From contig CBDFLQ010000005.1 of the NCBI GenBank assembly GCA_965249275.1, positions 224,001 through 288,000 of the forward strand: a stretch of DNA of 64,000 nt, given 5' to 3'. Numbering within the stretch: the first letter of the stretch is position 1; every line of letters starts with the position of its first letter. Position numbers and translations under genes: made by a program. Under the pieces are notes generated by a model that saw only the letters and a list, made by a program, of their open reading frames with translations, was not told the origin of the DNA and did not search any database. The stretch is from Dehalococcoidia bacterium (GTDB taxonomy: Bacteria > Chloroflexota > Dehalococcoidia > Plut-88900). This document shows positions 1 to 10,383 of the stretch, piece after piece.

Positions 1-193
1 CTCCGTCCTGCCATCTGCCTTCTTTGTCGGTACCTGCGAGTTGGTCAACGGTTCTTACGAACATAGGGTCACCTCCGGTTTGATTTTTCGTGTGGTATGG
101 GTCTGCCGTGAGTCGTTCAATTTAAAGCGATGATTCGGGTCGGGAAACTATATTAAGAAATATCCTCACTCACTATTCTGTCTCTAAGTTGCA

Positions 194-1366
194 TCAGCCT
201 TGACTAAACATTTGCTCTAAAACCCACGGATTTGCAGAATCCATTAGTAGTTTATCTATTCTCAAACGGTCTTCTTTGTGTAGCAATTGAAGTGAATCAG
301 GTGACATTGCAGCAACGCCAGAGGTTTCGCGCATCAACCTTTCCATGAAGCATACTCCAGAGGCATCCTCGGGCATTGATATCATTTCACTATAGCGAAG
401 TGCTTCCAGCAGATCACTAAAATGCTTTGATCCTTTGGTCCAAGAAACTACACTGATTTTGTGCAAATTGTCTTGCCCGGGCAACACGGTTACTGAGACA
501 TCCTGCTTATAAGTGAGGGAAGCAGCAAAATGCAGCGTTGATCGAAAGGACTGTACACATTTGTCGGCAATGGGTAACGGGCGGTCTCCATAAGAGCTTT
601 TCTTATACCAACTGATTCCCAGTCTTTTAGCAAGTTCATTTAAGCTTCTCTTTGTATTGAAGAACCTCCTCTTGTAGGTTATCCATACTGTGCGCGCCGC
701 TCGGTTTTGGTGCCTCATTGTCATTCTGTCCCAGTGGTTTAGGAATGATTCACCTTGAGGAATTAATGCTGTATCGTACAGAACAGCGCGATATCCAGCT
801 AGGAAACTGACACTATGGTCTGCGAAATCCAAGTCTTGGAGGTCTATCCTGTTGAACTGTTGATCATGTTGCTTACAAGCAAAAGTGCCAGTGCATGCTT
901 TGTCTATACCGATTGGCTGTGGTTCAAATACGGATGGATTTGACAAGTCTATCGGATGCTCCGGACTACTCTGCATGAATAGGTGAGTCCAGTTTTGAGG
1001 ACTCCAGTTGAATTCCAGTACCTTGCCAGAAATGTCTTTGAATAATCCCAGGACATTTCGTTTCGAGATGGCGTGACAGTTAACCGCCGGTTCAGAACAG
1101 AGTTTTCCATCCTCGTTAATCACGAACAAGCAATGACCACGATAATTCTGAAATGAGCTTCTTAATTGACCGAACCTTTTTGCTGCAACAGGTTTCTTAT
1201 CCTTAGGTACGTATGTATCTCTTCTTTTGTTTAGTCCCAATTCCCTGCTGTGCCTACTTTCTTGGCGGTTTATCTCTGATCCTTTATTGGAACCCTGTTT
1301 TTCATTTTTTCGAGATGAATCCTCATATACCAGCCATGAAAGGCTGGATGTGTTGTGCCGTCCCAT
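194..1366 (-). CDS. hypothetical protein with Cys/His motifs, lower GC than flanks
   Basis: 390-aa ORF with motifs HCLF..LC..NCHAIS and FACKQHD; start overlaps the upstream stop (TAATG); true start uncertain. Confidence 0.6.
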   Translation of the reverse strand: MGRHNTSSLSWLVYEDSSRKNEKQGSNKGSEINRQESRHSRELGLNKRRDTYVPKDKKPVAAKRFGQLRSSFQNYRGHCLFVINEDGKLCSEPAVNCHAISKRNVLGLFKDISGKVLEFNWSPQNWTHLFMQSSPEHPIDLSNPSVFEPQPIGIDKACTGTFACKQHDQQFNRIDLQDLDFADHSVSFLAGYRAVLYDTALIPQGESFLNHWDRMTMRHQNRAARTVWITYKRRFFNTKRSLNELAKRLGISWYKKSSYGDRPLPIADKCVQSFRSTLHFAASLTYKQDVSVTVLPGQDNLHKISVVSWTKGSKHFSDLLEALRYSEMISMPEDASGVCFMERLMRETSGVAAMSPDSLQLLHKEDRLRIDKLLMDSANPWVLEQMFSQG

Positions 1367-2565
1367 TAAGTGTCCTTGCTCAAAAACTCCAACGGCAGCT
1401 TGGACAGCAGTTCCAGCCCCGACTCCGTCATGACGAAAGTGTCAATGAGCCCCGCGGACCGGGCATCCTTGCCCCGAGAAAATATCTCGTAGTTGGTGAC
1501 AAATCCCGGCTGCATCGGCTCGTCGACGAACCCGCCACCCACGACACGCGTGTGCCCCACCCAGTCGGGTGGCAAAGAGAGGCCAACATCGTAGCCTCCG
1601 CGGTCCACCTCACCGGCCAGCCCTAAGGATGCGAGATATTCATCAATGTTCTTGCCGATAGCCGTGGGCGGGTCGCCGGGCTTGACCCGATCCTGGACGT
1701 AGGGGATGCTCTCCGCGAGGGCCTTCATGCGCTCGCTAGCCTTCTCGGTGGGCTCACCGAGACAAAAGAAGCGGCAAAGGTCGGCGTGGTAGCGATTGTA
1801 GACGCCACACACGTCGGCAAAGATAGTCTCCCCAGCCTCCAGGCGCATCCGGGTGGTGGGCTTGTGGGGCATACGGAACCCCTCCTTGCTGACGACGCAT
1901 CGGATGGCGGTTTCCTCGCCGCCGGCCTTGGCCATGGCGTACTGCATAGCGCCGTTGACCTCAAGCTCTGTAATACCGGGGGCGGCGGCTTCCAGCCCCG
2001 CCATGATTCCGATGTCGGCGATCTCGGCAGCCTTCCTCACACAGGCGACCTCCAGCGGCGACTTGGTGAGTCCCACGGTATCTACAATCCATGACCCGTC
2101 GACAACACGAGCCCCGGCTCCCGACATGCGCTCCTCCATAGCCTGCATCATCGCAGGCGAGGGTGCGTAGGCCCACTTTTCAATGCCGACGCAGCCGCCG
2201 AGCAGGCCTCGGTCTTTCATGGAGTCGATGACCGTTCCCAGCTGTGGCCCCATCGGGTGGAATGGGAAGGTAGCGTAGAAGACGGCCTCGTCGATGTAGC
2301 AGAAGTCGTTGACCATGCGCTCGTGGTAGGAGTCAAAGAAGAGAACCTTCTCGGAGTCGGCCCGGATGACGAGCCCCGTGGGCGAGGCATGGTAGAACCA
2401 GATTATGTCGAAACCCGTGAGGTAGGTGATGTTCCTGGGCGAGCTGACGTAGAGGACGTCGATCCCGCGGTCAACCATTCTCTGGCGCACCTTGGCTCGG
2501 CGGGCGTCATATTCGTCGTTGGGAAACACGGCCCCAAAGGTCCTTTCGTTGGGCAAGTCAGTCAT
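1366..2565 (-). CDS. Xaa-Pro peptidase / creatinase-like M24 family protein
   Basis: N-terminal NITYLTGF creatinase-like domain; KSPLEVACVRKAA; YNRYHADLCRFF; AAGGAG RBS. Confidence 0.85.
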   Translation of the reverse strand: MTDLPNERTFGAVFPNDEYDARRAKVRQRMVDRGIDVLYVSSPRNITYLTGFDIIWFYHASPTGLVIRADSEKVLFFDSYHERMVNDFCYIDEAVFYATFPFHPMGPQLGTVIDSMKDRGLLGGCVGIEKWAYAPSPAMMQAMEERMSGAGARVVDGSWIVDTVGLTKSPLEVACVRKAAEIADIGIMAGLEAAAPGITELEVNGAMQYAMAKAGGEETAIRCVVSKEGFRMPHKPTTRMRLEAGETIFADVCGVYNRYHADLCRFFCLGEPTEKASERMKALAESIPYVQDRVKPGDPPTAIGKNIDEYLASLGLAGEVDRGGYDVGLSLPPDWVGHTRVVGGGFVDEPMQPGFVTNYEIFSRGKDARSAGLIDTFVMTESGLELLSKLPLEFLSKDT

Positions 2566-2771
2566 TGTCGTCTCCTTATTAACTCACTTTGATGGCACTG
2601 GGTTATTCGAAGAATTCAAGAGAGTCTTCGAGGCTAACCAGGGTTAGGCCTCAGGCGAAAGAGAGCAAGGAATCATGGAACTTACAATACCGTCAGCCGA
2701 CCGCGCGGGGCAAGGGGGAGATGGCGCAGTGGCAGTGTTATCATTGTGCAGATGCTAAGGGATTCGCGAAA

Positions 2772-5312
2772 ATGAACGAAGCTACAGCACGGATAAAGAT
2801 CAACGGACTGCTTGAGAAGGCAGCTTGGCGTTTCTTCCCTGAAGGGGATAACCCTGCCAACATTCAGCTTGAGCCGGGAGTCGCGCTCAAGCCATCCGAC
2901 CTGGACCAAATTGGGAATGATTTTGAGAAAACAGAGAAGGGATTCATAGATTACCTTCTTCTGGATGAGCGTGGATTCCCCCTCGTTGTGCTCGAAGCCA
3001 AGTCAGAAAAGTTGCAGCCGCTGGCCGGAAAGGAGCAGGCCCGGAGATATGCCCGCTCCAAGAACTGCCGCTTCGTCATCCTATCCAATGGCATCCTGCA
3101 CTATTTCTGGGACTTGGAGCGGGGCAATCCCTACATAATCACCAAGTTCCCAAAGCCGGAGTCGGTTGCTGGGTACAGTAAGGTTAATCCCGACCCAAAG
3201 CGATTGATTGCCGAAAAGGTAGATGCCGACTACATCGTTCTCAGCCAGCGGCCCAACTACCTTTCCGAGGCAGCGTGGAAGAACGAGGCCGAGCGACAAA
3301 ACTTCATTAGCTCCAACAAGCTTCGCTTTCTCCGAGACTATCAGTCGAGGGCCGTCCATGCCCTTCAACGGGCCGTTAAGGACGGTAATGACCGCTTTCT
3401 GTTCGAAATGGCAACTGGCACCGGGAAGACGCTTACCGCCGCGGCCGTCATAAAGCTGTTCCTCCGCTCGGGCAATGCATACCGGGTCCTGTTCTTGGTG
3501 GACCGCCTTGAACTCGAGGTGCAGGCCCATAAGGTCTTCACTGACCTCCTATCGGCCGATTTCCAAACCGCCATATACAAGGAGAGGCGCGACGACTGGC
3601 GTTCGGCTGAGATCGTGGTCACCACCGTCCAATCCCTGCAATTCAACAACAAGTACCAGGCCCTCTTCTCTCCCACCGACTTCGACCTCGTGATTTCCGA
3701 CGAAGCCCACCGCTCCATCAGCGGCAACGCGCGAGGGGTGTTTGACTACTTCGTCGGCTATAAGCTTGGCCTCACTGCGACGCCCAAAGACTACTTGCGA
3801 GGATCCGACAAGACCGGTCCCAACGTCCGTGACCCGCGCGAGGTGGAGCGGAGGCTGCTGCTGGACACCTACCGCACATTCGGATGCGAAAGCGGTCAGC
3901 CAACCTTCAGGTACTCACTTCTTGATGGAGTCAAGGACGGATACCTCATCAACCCCACCGTAATAGACGCTCGGACCGAGGTGACTACACAACTCTTGGC
4001 AGAAGACGGCTTTGTAGTTTCTTCCACCGATGATACCGGCGAAGAGCATGAAGAGACTTTCAAGCAGCGGGAGTTCGAGAAGCGGTTCTTCTCCGATGCG
4101 ACTAACCAACTATTCTGCAAGACGTTCTTGGAGAACGCACTAAAAGACCCGGTAAGCGGAGAGATCGGCAAGTCCATCATCTTCGCTGTGAGCCAGAACC
4201 ACGCCGCCCGACTCACTCAGACCCTGAATGAGATCGCCGACGCCATGTTTCCGGGCAAATATCAGTCCGACTTCGCCGTTCAAGTCACCTCCCGAGTTCA
4301 GGACGCTCAGCAGTTCACAATCAATTTTGCCAACAACAATCTGATGGGCTCGGGCAACTTGCTGTCCTCATACCGCACCAGCAAGGCTCGGGTCTGCGTA
4401 ACCGTCGGCATGATGACCACGGGCTACGACTGCACGGATATCCTGAACCTTGGCATGTTCCGTCCCATCTTCTCCCCCACCGACTTCGTACAGATCAAGG
4501 GGCGGGGAACACGTAAGCATAACTTTCTTGAGCATCTGCATGATCCCGACGCCGCAGATGCCGTCGCCGACCCCGAAAAGACCACTTTCAAGCTCTTTGA
4601 CTTCTTTGCCAACTGCGAATACTTCGAGACCGAGTTTAACTACGACCAGGTAATCCAGTTGCCGCGGCCTCAACCTCGCAGTGACGGGGGTGGAAACGGA
4701 GGGGACGACCCGCCCCCGACGATCTTCAGTGGCTACGAGCATATGGGCGAGGACATCCTAAAGGAAATCAAGGAAGTGCAAATCGGGTCTGAGGGCATGA
4801 AAATCGACCGCATGTTTTTTGACCGGTTCGCGGACGCCGTCAAATCGGACGACGCTGTCAAAGAAGCAATCGAGGCCGGCCAGTGGGACCGGGTCATCGA
4901 CTACGTGAACCGGGAGGTCTTTGACAAGCCCGAGGAATACTACTCCCTGGAAAAGCTCCGTAGAGCCGCTTCCGTCGACCGCCGCCTCAGCCTGCGGGAA
5001 ATTCTTGAAAAGGTCTTCGACCTCATTCCCGCCTTCAAGTCCAAAGACGAACTGTTGGAAGAGGAGTTCAACAAGTTCGTTGCCGACCACAAGCCTGACC
5101 GCTCCGCTTCCATTCTCGCCATCAAGACCTTCTTCAAGGCGTATATCACCAACGGGATCACCCGAGAGGCTGTTGACAATAAGGAGTTCAACTGCCTGGC
5201 TACCAACGCCGCGTTTACTATGAAAGACTATAGGGCGGTCCCCGAAAAATACCAGGAGCTCGTTCCAGAATACATCAAGGACTACGTCCCACTGAACCAG
5301 TTCGCAGCGTAA
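2772..5312 (+). CDS. hsdR: type I restriction enzyme R subunit (EcoEI-like)
   Basis: IDYLL..VLEAK nuclease motif, MATGTGKT Walker A, DEAHRS, LTATP, QIKGRGTR; start MNEATARIKIN chosen over the longer track ORF. Confidence 0.9.
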   Translation: MNEATARIKINGLLEKAAWRFFPEGDNPANIQLEPGVALKPSDLDQIGNDFEKTEKGFIDYLLLDERGFPLVVLEAKSEKLQPLAGKEQARRYARSKNCRFVILSNGILHYFWDLERGNPYIITKFPKPESVAGYSKVNPDPKRLIAEKVDADYIVLSQRPNYLSEAAWKNEAERQNFISSNKLRFLRDYQSRAVHALQRAVKDGNDRFLFEMATGTGKTLTAAAVIKLFLRSGNAYRVLFLVDRLELEVQAHKVFTDLLSADFQTAIYKERRDDWRSAEIVVTTVQSLQFNNKYQALFSPTDFDLVISDEAHRSISGNARGVFDYFVGYKLGLTATPKDYLRGSDKTGPNVRDPREVERRLLLDTYRTFGCESGQPTFRYSLLDGVKDGYLINPTVIDARTEVTTQLLAEDGFVVSSTDDTGEEHEETFKQREFEKRFFSDATNQLFCKTFLENALKDPVSGEIGKSIIFAVSQNHAARLTQTLNEIADAMFPGKYQSDFAVQVTSRVQDAQQFTINFANNNLMGSGNLLSSYRTSKARVCVTVGMMTTGYDCTDILNLGMFRPIFSPTDFVQIKGRGTRKHNFLEHLHDPDAADAVADPEKTTFKLFDFFANCEYFETEFNYDQVIQLPRPQPRSDGGGNGGDDPPPTIFSGYEHMGEDILKEIKEVQIGSEGMKIDRMFFDRFADAVKSDDAVKEAIEAGQWDRVIDYVNREVFDKPEEYYSLEKLRRAASVDRRLSLREILEKVFDLIPAFKSKDELLEEEFNKFVADHKPDRSASILAIKTFFKAYITNGITREAVDNKEFNCLATNAAFTMKDYRAVPEKYQELVPEYIKDYVPLNQFAA

Positions 5313-5320
5313 ACCAGGTC

Positions 5321-7894
5321 ATGCTGGACTCAGACACCAAACGCCGCATAGATACGGCCCGGGACATCCTGGTGGGCAAGGTGCCCGACCCCAAGAGCCA
5401 GGTCGAGCAGATCACCATTGCCCTCATCTATAAGTTCATGGACGACATGGACGCCGAAAGCGAAGAGCTGGGCGGCAAGCGGACATTCTTCGCCGACGGG
5501 TTCGCAAGGTACGGCTGGGCCAAGCTCATGAGCCCCGGCATCGGAGGGCACGAGACGCTGAACCTCTACGCCGAGGCCATAACCAAGATGCCGGAGAACC
5601 CCGGCATTCCCCAACTCTTCCGGGAGATCTTCAACAACGCTTATCTTCCCTACCGGGACCCCGAGACCCTACGCTCCTTCCTGAAAGTTATTGACGGGTT
5701 CAGCTATGACCACTCGGAGCGGTTGGGCGACGCATTCGAGTATCTCCTCTCCGTCCTGGGCGCCCAGGGCGATGCCGGGCAGTTCCGCACCCCGCGCCAC
5801 ATCATAGACTTCATGGTCTCCGTCATAGACCCGAAGAAGGATGAAGTGGTGCTGGACCCCGCCTGCGGCACCGCCGGCTTCCTCATCTCATCATACAAGC
5901 ACATCCTGGTCTCCAACACCGGCGAAGACGGCAGCAGCACGCTAACTCCCGACGACAGGGGCCGGATGGCCTCCAACTTCAAGGGCTACGACATCTCTCC
6001 CGACATGGTGAGGCTATCCCTGGTAAACCTCTACCTCCACGGATTCGCCGCTCCCCAGATATACGAGTACGACACCCTGACCAGTGATGAGCGGTGGAAC
6101 AAGTACGCCGACGTAATCCTTGCCAACCCGCCCTTCATGTCTCCGAAGGGCGGCATCAGGCCGCACAACCGCTTCTCCATCCAGTCAAAGCGCAGCGAAG
6201 TCCTGTTCGTGGACTACATGGCGGAGCACCTAACCGCAAAGGGCAGGGCAGGCATCATAGTCCCCGAGGGGATAATATTCCAGAGTCAGAACGCCCACAA
6301 ACGGCTGCGCAAGATGCTGTTGGAGACATGCCTGGTGGCCGTAGTCTCCCTGCCGGCGGGCGTGTTCAAGCCTTACTCCGGGGTCAAGACCTCCATCCTG
6401 ATACTCGATAAATCACTGGCGCGAAGGACGGACAGCGTAGCCTTTTTCAAGGTGGAAAACGACGGCTTCGACCTCGGCGACCAGCGGCGTCCTATAGACG
6501 CGAACGACCTGCCACAGACGGCCCGTGCGGTCCGGGAATGGCTGGATGGCCTCCGGTCAGCGCAAGGGGCTATGGTGCGGGAAGAAAGCGCCGTCTACAC
6601 AGCCGGGCCCGGCGAGCATGGCATGACCGACCTGCAGGTCCTTATGGAGAGGGGGGCCGCTCTCTCGGCGAGCAAGGCGGAGATTGCCGCCGACGGGGAG
6701 TGCAATCTGAGCGGGCAGCGGTATCGAGAAAAGACTCTTCAGCATTTGTCAAAGTGGCCTATGGTGAAGGTCAGGAGCATCTGTAAAGAGATTCTCAGCG
6801 GAGGCACTCCGTCAACAAAAAACGAGGATTTCTGGTCAGGTTCTATCCCTTGGATTACAAGCGCCGATATTGTGGATATCAAGACTGCCATTCCACGCAG
6901 GCATATAACCAAGGACGCTATTGCAACTACGGCAACAAACCTGATTCCGAAGGGTAATGTGATAGTCGTTACGAGAGTCGGACTTGGGAAACTGTTCCGG
7001 AACAACTTTGACGTCTGCATAAGCCAGGATTCTCAGGGGCTGATACTTAAGGACTTGGCTGATGCTGACTACCTCGTACATGTACTGCAAAGAGCTGTCG
7101 TGGCATTTAAAGAGCTAGGCTAAGGCTCAACCATAAGGGGTGTAACCAAGAAGCAATTGGCGGACCTAAGCATTCCGCTCCCCCCGCTTCCCGTGCAACG
7201 GGAGATAGTGGAGGAGATAGAGGGGTATCAGAAGGTGATAGACGGGGCGAGGGGGGTGGTGGACAACTACCGGCCCCACATCTCGGTTGACCCGGACTGG
7301 CCACTGGTGCCAATCAAGTCAGTTGCGGATGTCGAAAGTGGATTTGGCTTCCCTATCGCTTTCCAAGGCAACCTCAATGAGGCTATTCCATTCCTTAAAG
7401 TCAGCGACATGAACTTACCAGGCAACGAGACGGTGATTACCTCTTGGAACAACTCAATCTCCAACGACGTTTTGAGGGAACTTAGGGCCAAGTCATTCCC
7501 CAGCGGGACTGTAATTTTCCCGAAGATCGGTGCCGCTATTGCTACTAACAAGAAACGTATCCTCAGTCTTGAGTCCACTTACGATAACAATGTAATGGGC
7601 ATAGTTCCCAATACGCAAAAGCTGTTATCGCGCTTCTTGTACAATTGGTTGATTGGATTTGACCTGTCCCATTGGGCTAGTGACAGTCAACCGCCATCAA
7701 TGAGAAAGACGATGGTTGAGCGGCACAACATTCCCTTCCCACCCCTCCCCACCCAACAAGCCATCGTCGCCGAGATCGAAGCTGAGCAAGAGCTTGTCAA
7801 CGCCAACCGGGAACTGATAGCCCGCTTTGAAAAGAAGATTCTGGGCGTGATTGACCGGGTGTGGGGAGCGTCCTCCCCCGGCATTCCCGAGTAA
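5321..7894 (+). pseudogene. hsdM: type I RM N6-methyltransferase fused to specificity domains (HsdM-HsdS), interrupted by in-frame TAA at 7121-7123
   Basis: GQFRTP, DPACGTAGF, NPPF; then TRD1 (SGGTPS), IPLPPLPVQREIV and TRD2; ORFs 5321..7123 and 7157..7894 share one frame (ELG*GSTIRGVTKK). Confidence 0.8.
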
Positions 7895-7919
7895 TCGGGC
7901 CGTAGGCTCGCCTCGGCGA

Positions 7920-7962
7920 GTGACATCTCCCCTTGACCCGATAAGAACATATGTTGTATATT
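7920..7962 (+). promoter_or_regulatory. sigma70 promoter with LexA-like box (same promoter module as the dispersed cassettes)
   Basis: GTGACA..CCCC-TTGACC(7933-38)-N6-GAACATATGTTG(7945-56)-TATATT(7957-62). Confidence 0.65.
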
Positions 7963-8050
7963 CCCACCCATGACCACCTCTCTCCAACTCACCTTTCGTC
8001 CTGCCCCTTCGGCCCCGCGAAAAACTTTCGCGAACCTTCTAGGCGTCATT

Positions 8051-8140
8051 CAATCAAAACAGCTACGAATTCAATCAACCTTCAATCAAGTTCAATCGAC
8101 TTTCAATCAAGACCAATCATCCTCCAATCAATCGTCAATC
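8051..8140 (+). repeat. phased CAATC array (~10.5-bp period)
   Basis: CAATC at 8051, 8072, 8083, 8093, 8104, 8114, 8125, 8136 (plus an off-phase copy at 8129). Confidence 0.8.
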
Positions 8141-8155
8141 AAAGGGACGGCTCGC

Positions 8156-9454
8156 CTAAAGAGTCTTCCGCCAGTCCGCCGAGTCCCCCTCCTGGAAGCG
8201 GGTGAAACGGAAGGGGTGAAGATCGACGCTTGGTGTCTCTCCCATGACAAGCTGAGACATAACCAGCCCAGCCCCGGGGCCCATGGCGATCCCGTGGCCG
8301 CTCATCCCCGTGGCGAAGTAGAACCCCTTCACGCCGGGGACCTCCCCCAGAACAGGCGTAGCATCAGGGCTGGCGTCTATCCTGCCCGCCCACGTCCGCT
8401 GTATGCCCAGATCTCCAACCGAGGGCAGCAGCTTTCTCAAATGGCTAATCGACTGCTCGACAAACCGGCCATTGGGCTCAGGCTCAACCCCGACAGTGTG
8501 TGCGAAGGGGTGGGCTTTGGCCGGGGAGCCGGGCAGTGCCCTCAGCACATCATCGAACAGTTCCTTGCCGACGTGAACATTCATCGTCTTCTTCACCCGC
8601 AGAAAGTTGCGTATGAAAAGCCCGAAATTTTGCAAGGATTGAAGATCGACGTAGTAGTCTGACCTCGTGCCGTTCGATATGTAGAAGGTCCCGTCCCGCT
8701 TCTGCCGAAAAGTCACGTCCGGGGTCATCACCGTGCAGTGGGAGATAATGTCGGTGGGCTCGGTGCAGACGACGGTGCCTTTCACCACCCGCTGGGGCAG
8801 GTGAACTCCCACCATCCGCCCAACCTTCGATGCCCAGGCCCCCGCCGCGCAAACAACCTTATCCGTTTCAATTCGACCCTTGTCGGTGACGACGGCTTTA
8901 ACGGCGCCACCCTCCACTTCTAACCCTTCCACAGCGCGCCCGGTGTGTAGAGCGACCCCACTTTCTCTAGCGGCCCAGGCTATCGCCTCGGTTGCGCGGC
9001 GGGGCTCGGTCTGGCCGTCGGAGGGAGTGTGGATTCCACCAACGAACGGTCCCTCGAGCGCGGGTATCTCGCGCTTAACTTCGTCCCTGGTTAGGACCCT
9101 GGTGTCGAGACCCAAGACTCGGGCCTCCCGGGCCCAGTCCTCGAAGTGAGAGAGGTCCTCTTCCGTGTAGGCCAGCTTGAGGGACCCTTCCTCAATCCAT
9201 TCAACGTCCGCGCCTATTTCGTCGGTGAGCCCCGACCAAAGGCCCTTGGAGAACGTGACAAGGGGAAGCTCTCTCGGGTTCCGACCCTGCTGCCTGACCC
9301 AGCCCCAGGCTCGGCTGGACTGCTCGCCTGCTACCTCACCCTTCTCCACGATTGCAACTTTCACGCCTCTCTTGGCGAGGTAATACGCCGTGCAGCACCC
9401 GACAATCCCCGCCCCGATGATGACCACGTCGGCTTTGGAATCGTTAGTTGTCAT
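8156..9454 (-). CDS. FAD-dependent oxidoreductase, DAO/D-amino acid oxidase family
   Basis: VIIGAGIVG, EQSSRAWG, TGMSGHGIAMGP; GAGGAGG RBS before MTTND. Confidence 0.9.
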   Translation of the reverse strand: MTTNDSKADVVIIGAGIVGCCTAYYLAKRGVKVAIVEKGEVAGEQSSRAWGWVRQQGRNPRELPLVTFSKGLWSGLTDEIGADVEWIEEGSLKLAYTEEDLSHFEDWAREARVLGLDTRVLTRDEVKREIPALEGPFVGGIHTPSDGQTEPRRATEAIAWAARESGVALHTGRAVEGLEVEGGAVKAVVTDKGRIETDKVVCAAGAWASKVGRMVGVHLPQRVVKGTVVCTEPTDIISHCTVMTPDVTFRQKRDGTFYISNGTRSDYYVDLQSLQNFGLFIRNFLRVKKTMNVHVGKELFDDVLRALPGSPAKAHPFAHTVGVEPEPNGRFVEQSISHLRKLLPSVGDLGIQRTWAGRIDASPDATPVLGEVPGVKGFYFATGMSGHGIAMGPGAGLVMSQLVMGETPSVDLHPFRFTRFQEGDSADWRKTL

Positions 9455-9513
9455 AGCCTCCTCGGGCCCGGGCTGGTTGTCCATACATCAGCCGCAACGA
9501 TTTGGAGAGCAAT

Positions 9514-9590
9514 TGGTACCCCCAACGGGATTCGAACCCGTGATCTCCGCCTTGAAAGGGCGGTGTCCTTGGCCGCTAGACGATGGGGGC
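9514..9590 (-). tRNA. tRNA-Glu (anticodon TTC)
   Basis: GCCCCCA acceptor stem, CCGCC-CTTTCAA-GGCGG anticodon arm, GGTTCGAATCC T-arm, encoded CCA. Confidence 0.95.
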
Positions 9591-9709
9591 GCGCGAAAAC
9601 CGGTCGGCTGAAAATCGCCCGCCGTATGAAAACACACGCAAGGTCCAGTTGCAACCGGGGAGGGGGCGCTGTCCTTGTGAATCAAGCGGGCATGGCCTAT
9701 CATCCACCT

Positions 9710-9925
9710 ATGCGGGGTCACGAATTCGTCGACCGCCTGCGCAGGATTGGCAAGGCGAGAGGCGTCGATATCTTTGTGAATCCGGAGCAGGGCAAAGGAA
9801 GGCATGTAACTCTTTACTTTGGTGGCCGCTTTACGACTTTCTAAGCCCCTCGTAAGGAAATTGGCCCCGGCCTTCTATCAGCCATGATCCGCCAGCTAGG
9901 TCTTACTCGCCAAGATTTCCGGTAG
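9710..9925 (+). pseudogene. hicA: HicA-family toxin with in-frame TAA at 9842-9844
   Basis: MRGHEF...GKGRHVTLYFG..TTF*APRKEIGPGLLSAMIRQLGL; directly upstream of hicB. Confidence 0.75.
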
Positions 9926-9945
9926 TCAACAAGGACAATATAGCG

Positions 9946-10383
9946 ATGCGTTTTGTTTATCCTGCACGACTGCGGCGTGCCTCCGCCGATGAGATAGTTG
10001 TCTCCTTCCGGGACCTCCCCGAGTGCCTGACCTCCGGCAGGGACGAAGCTGAAGCCCTGTTCGAGGCTCAGGACGCCCTCGAAGAGGCTATCGCAGGCCG
10101 CATTGACGATGCCGAGTGTATCCCCATACCGAGCCCCAGGAAGAACGGAGAACGGCTGGTAGCCGTACCCACCGCTACAGCCGCCAAAGCCGCCCTTGCC
10201 CTTGCGCTACGGGACAGCGGTCTCTCTCATGCCGAGTTCGCCAAACTTTTCCGCACCGACGAGGAGTCCGTCCGTCGAATGCTCGACCCGCGGCACCGTA
10301 CATCATCTGACCGAATCGGGAAAGCGCTCCATGCCCTGGGCCGACAAATCGCCCTAGAGCTTCGGGAACTGACTCCCGCCTAG
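9946..10383 (+). CDS. hicB: HicB-family antitoxin
   Basis: VSFRDLPECLTSG..EALFEAQDAL; C-terminal HTH. Confidence 0.9.
   Translation: MRFVYPARLRRASADEIVVSFRDLPECLTSGRDEAEALFEAQDALEEAIAGRIDDAECIPIPSPRKNGERLVAVPTATAAKAALALALRDSGLSHAEFAKLFRTDEESVRRMLDPRHRTSSDRIGKALHALGRQIALELRELTPA

Noticed and set aside
2589-2771. N-terminal extensions in the ORF track (hsdR, leuS, SDR4, trpD)
   Set aside because: Family-typical starts or RBSs lie downstream
2772-9590. Integrative island at tRNA-Glu
   Set aside because: No integrase or duplicated tRNA 3' end was found in the window
7121-9844. TAA reassignment (alternative genetic code)
   Set aside because: TAA correctly ends hsdR, tenA, trpG and trpD in this window
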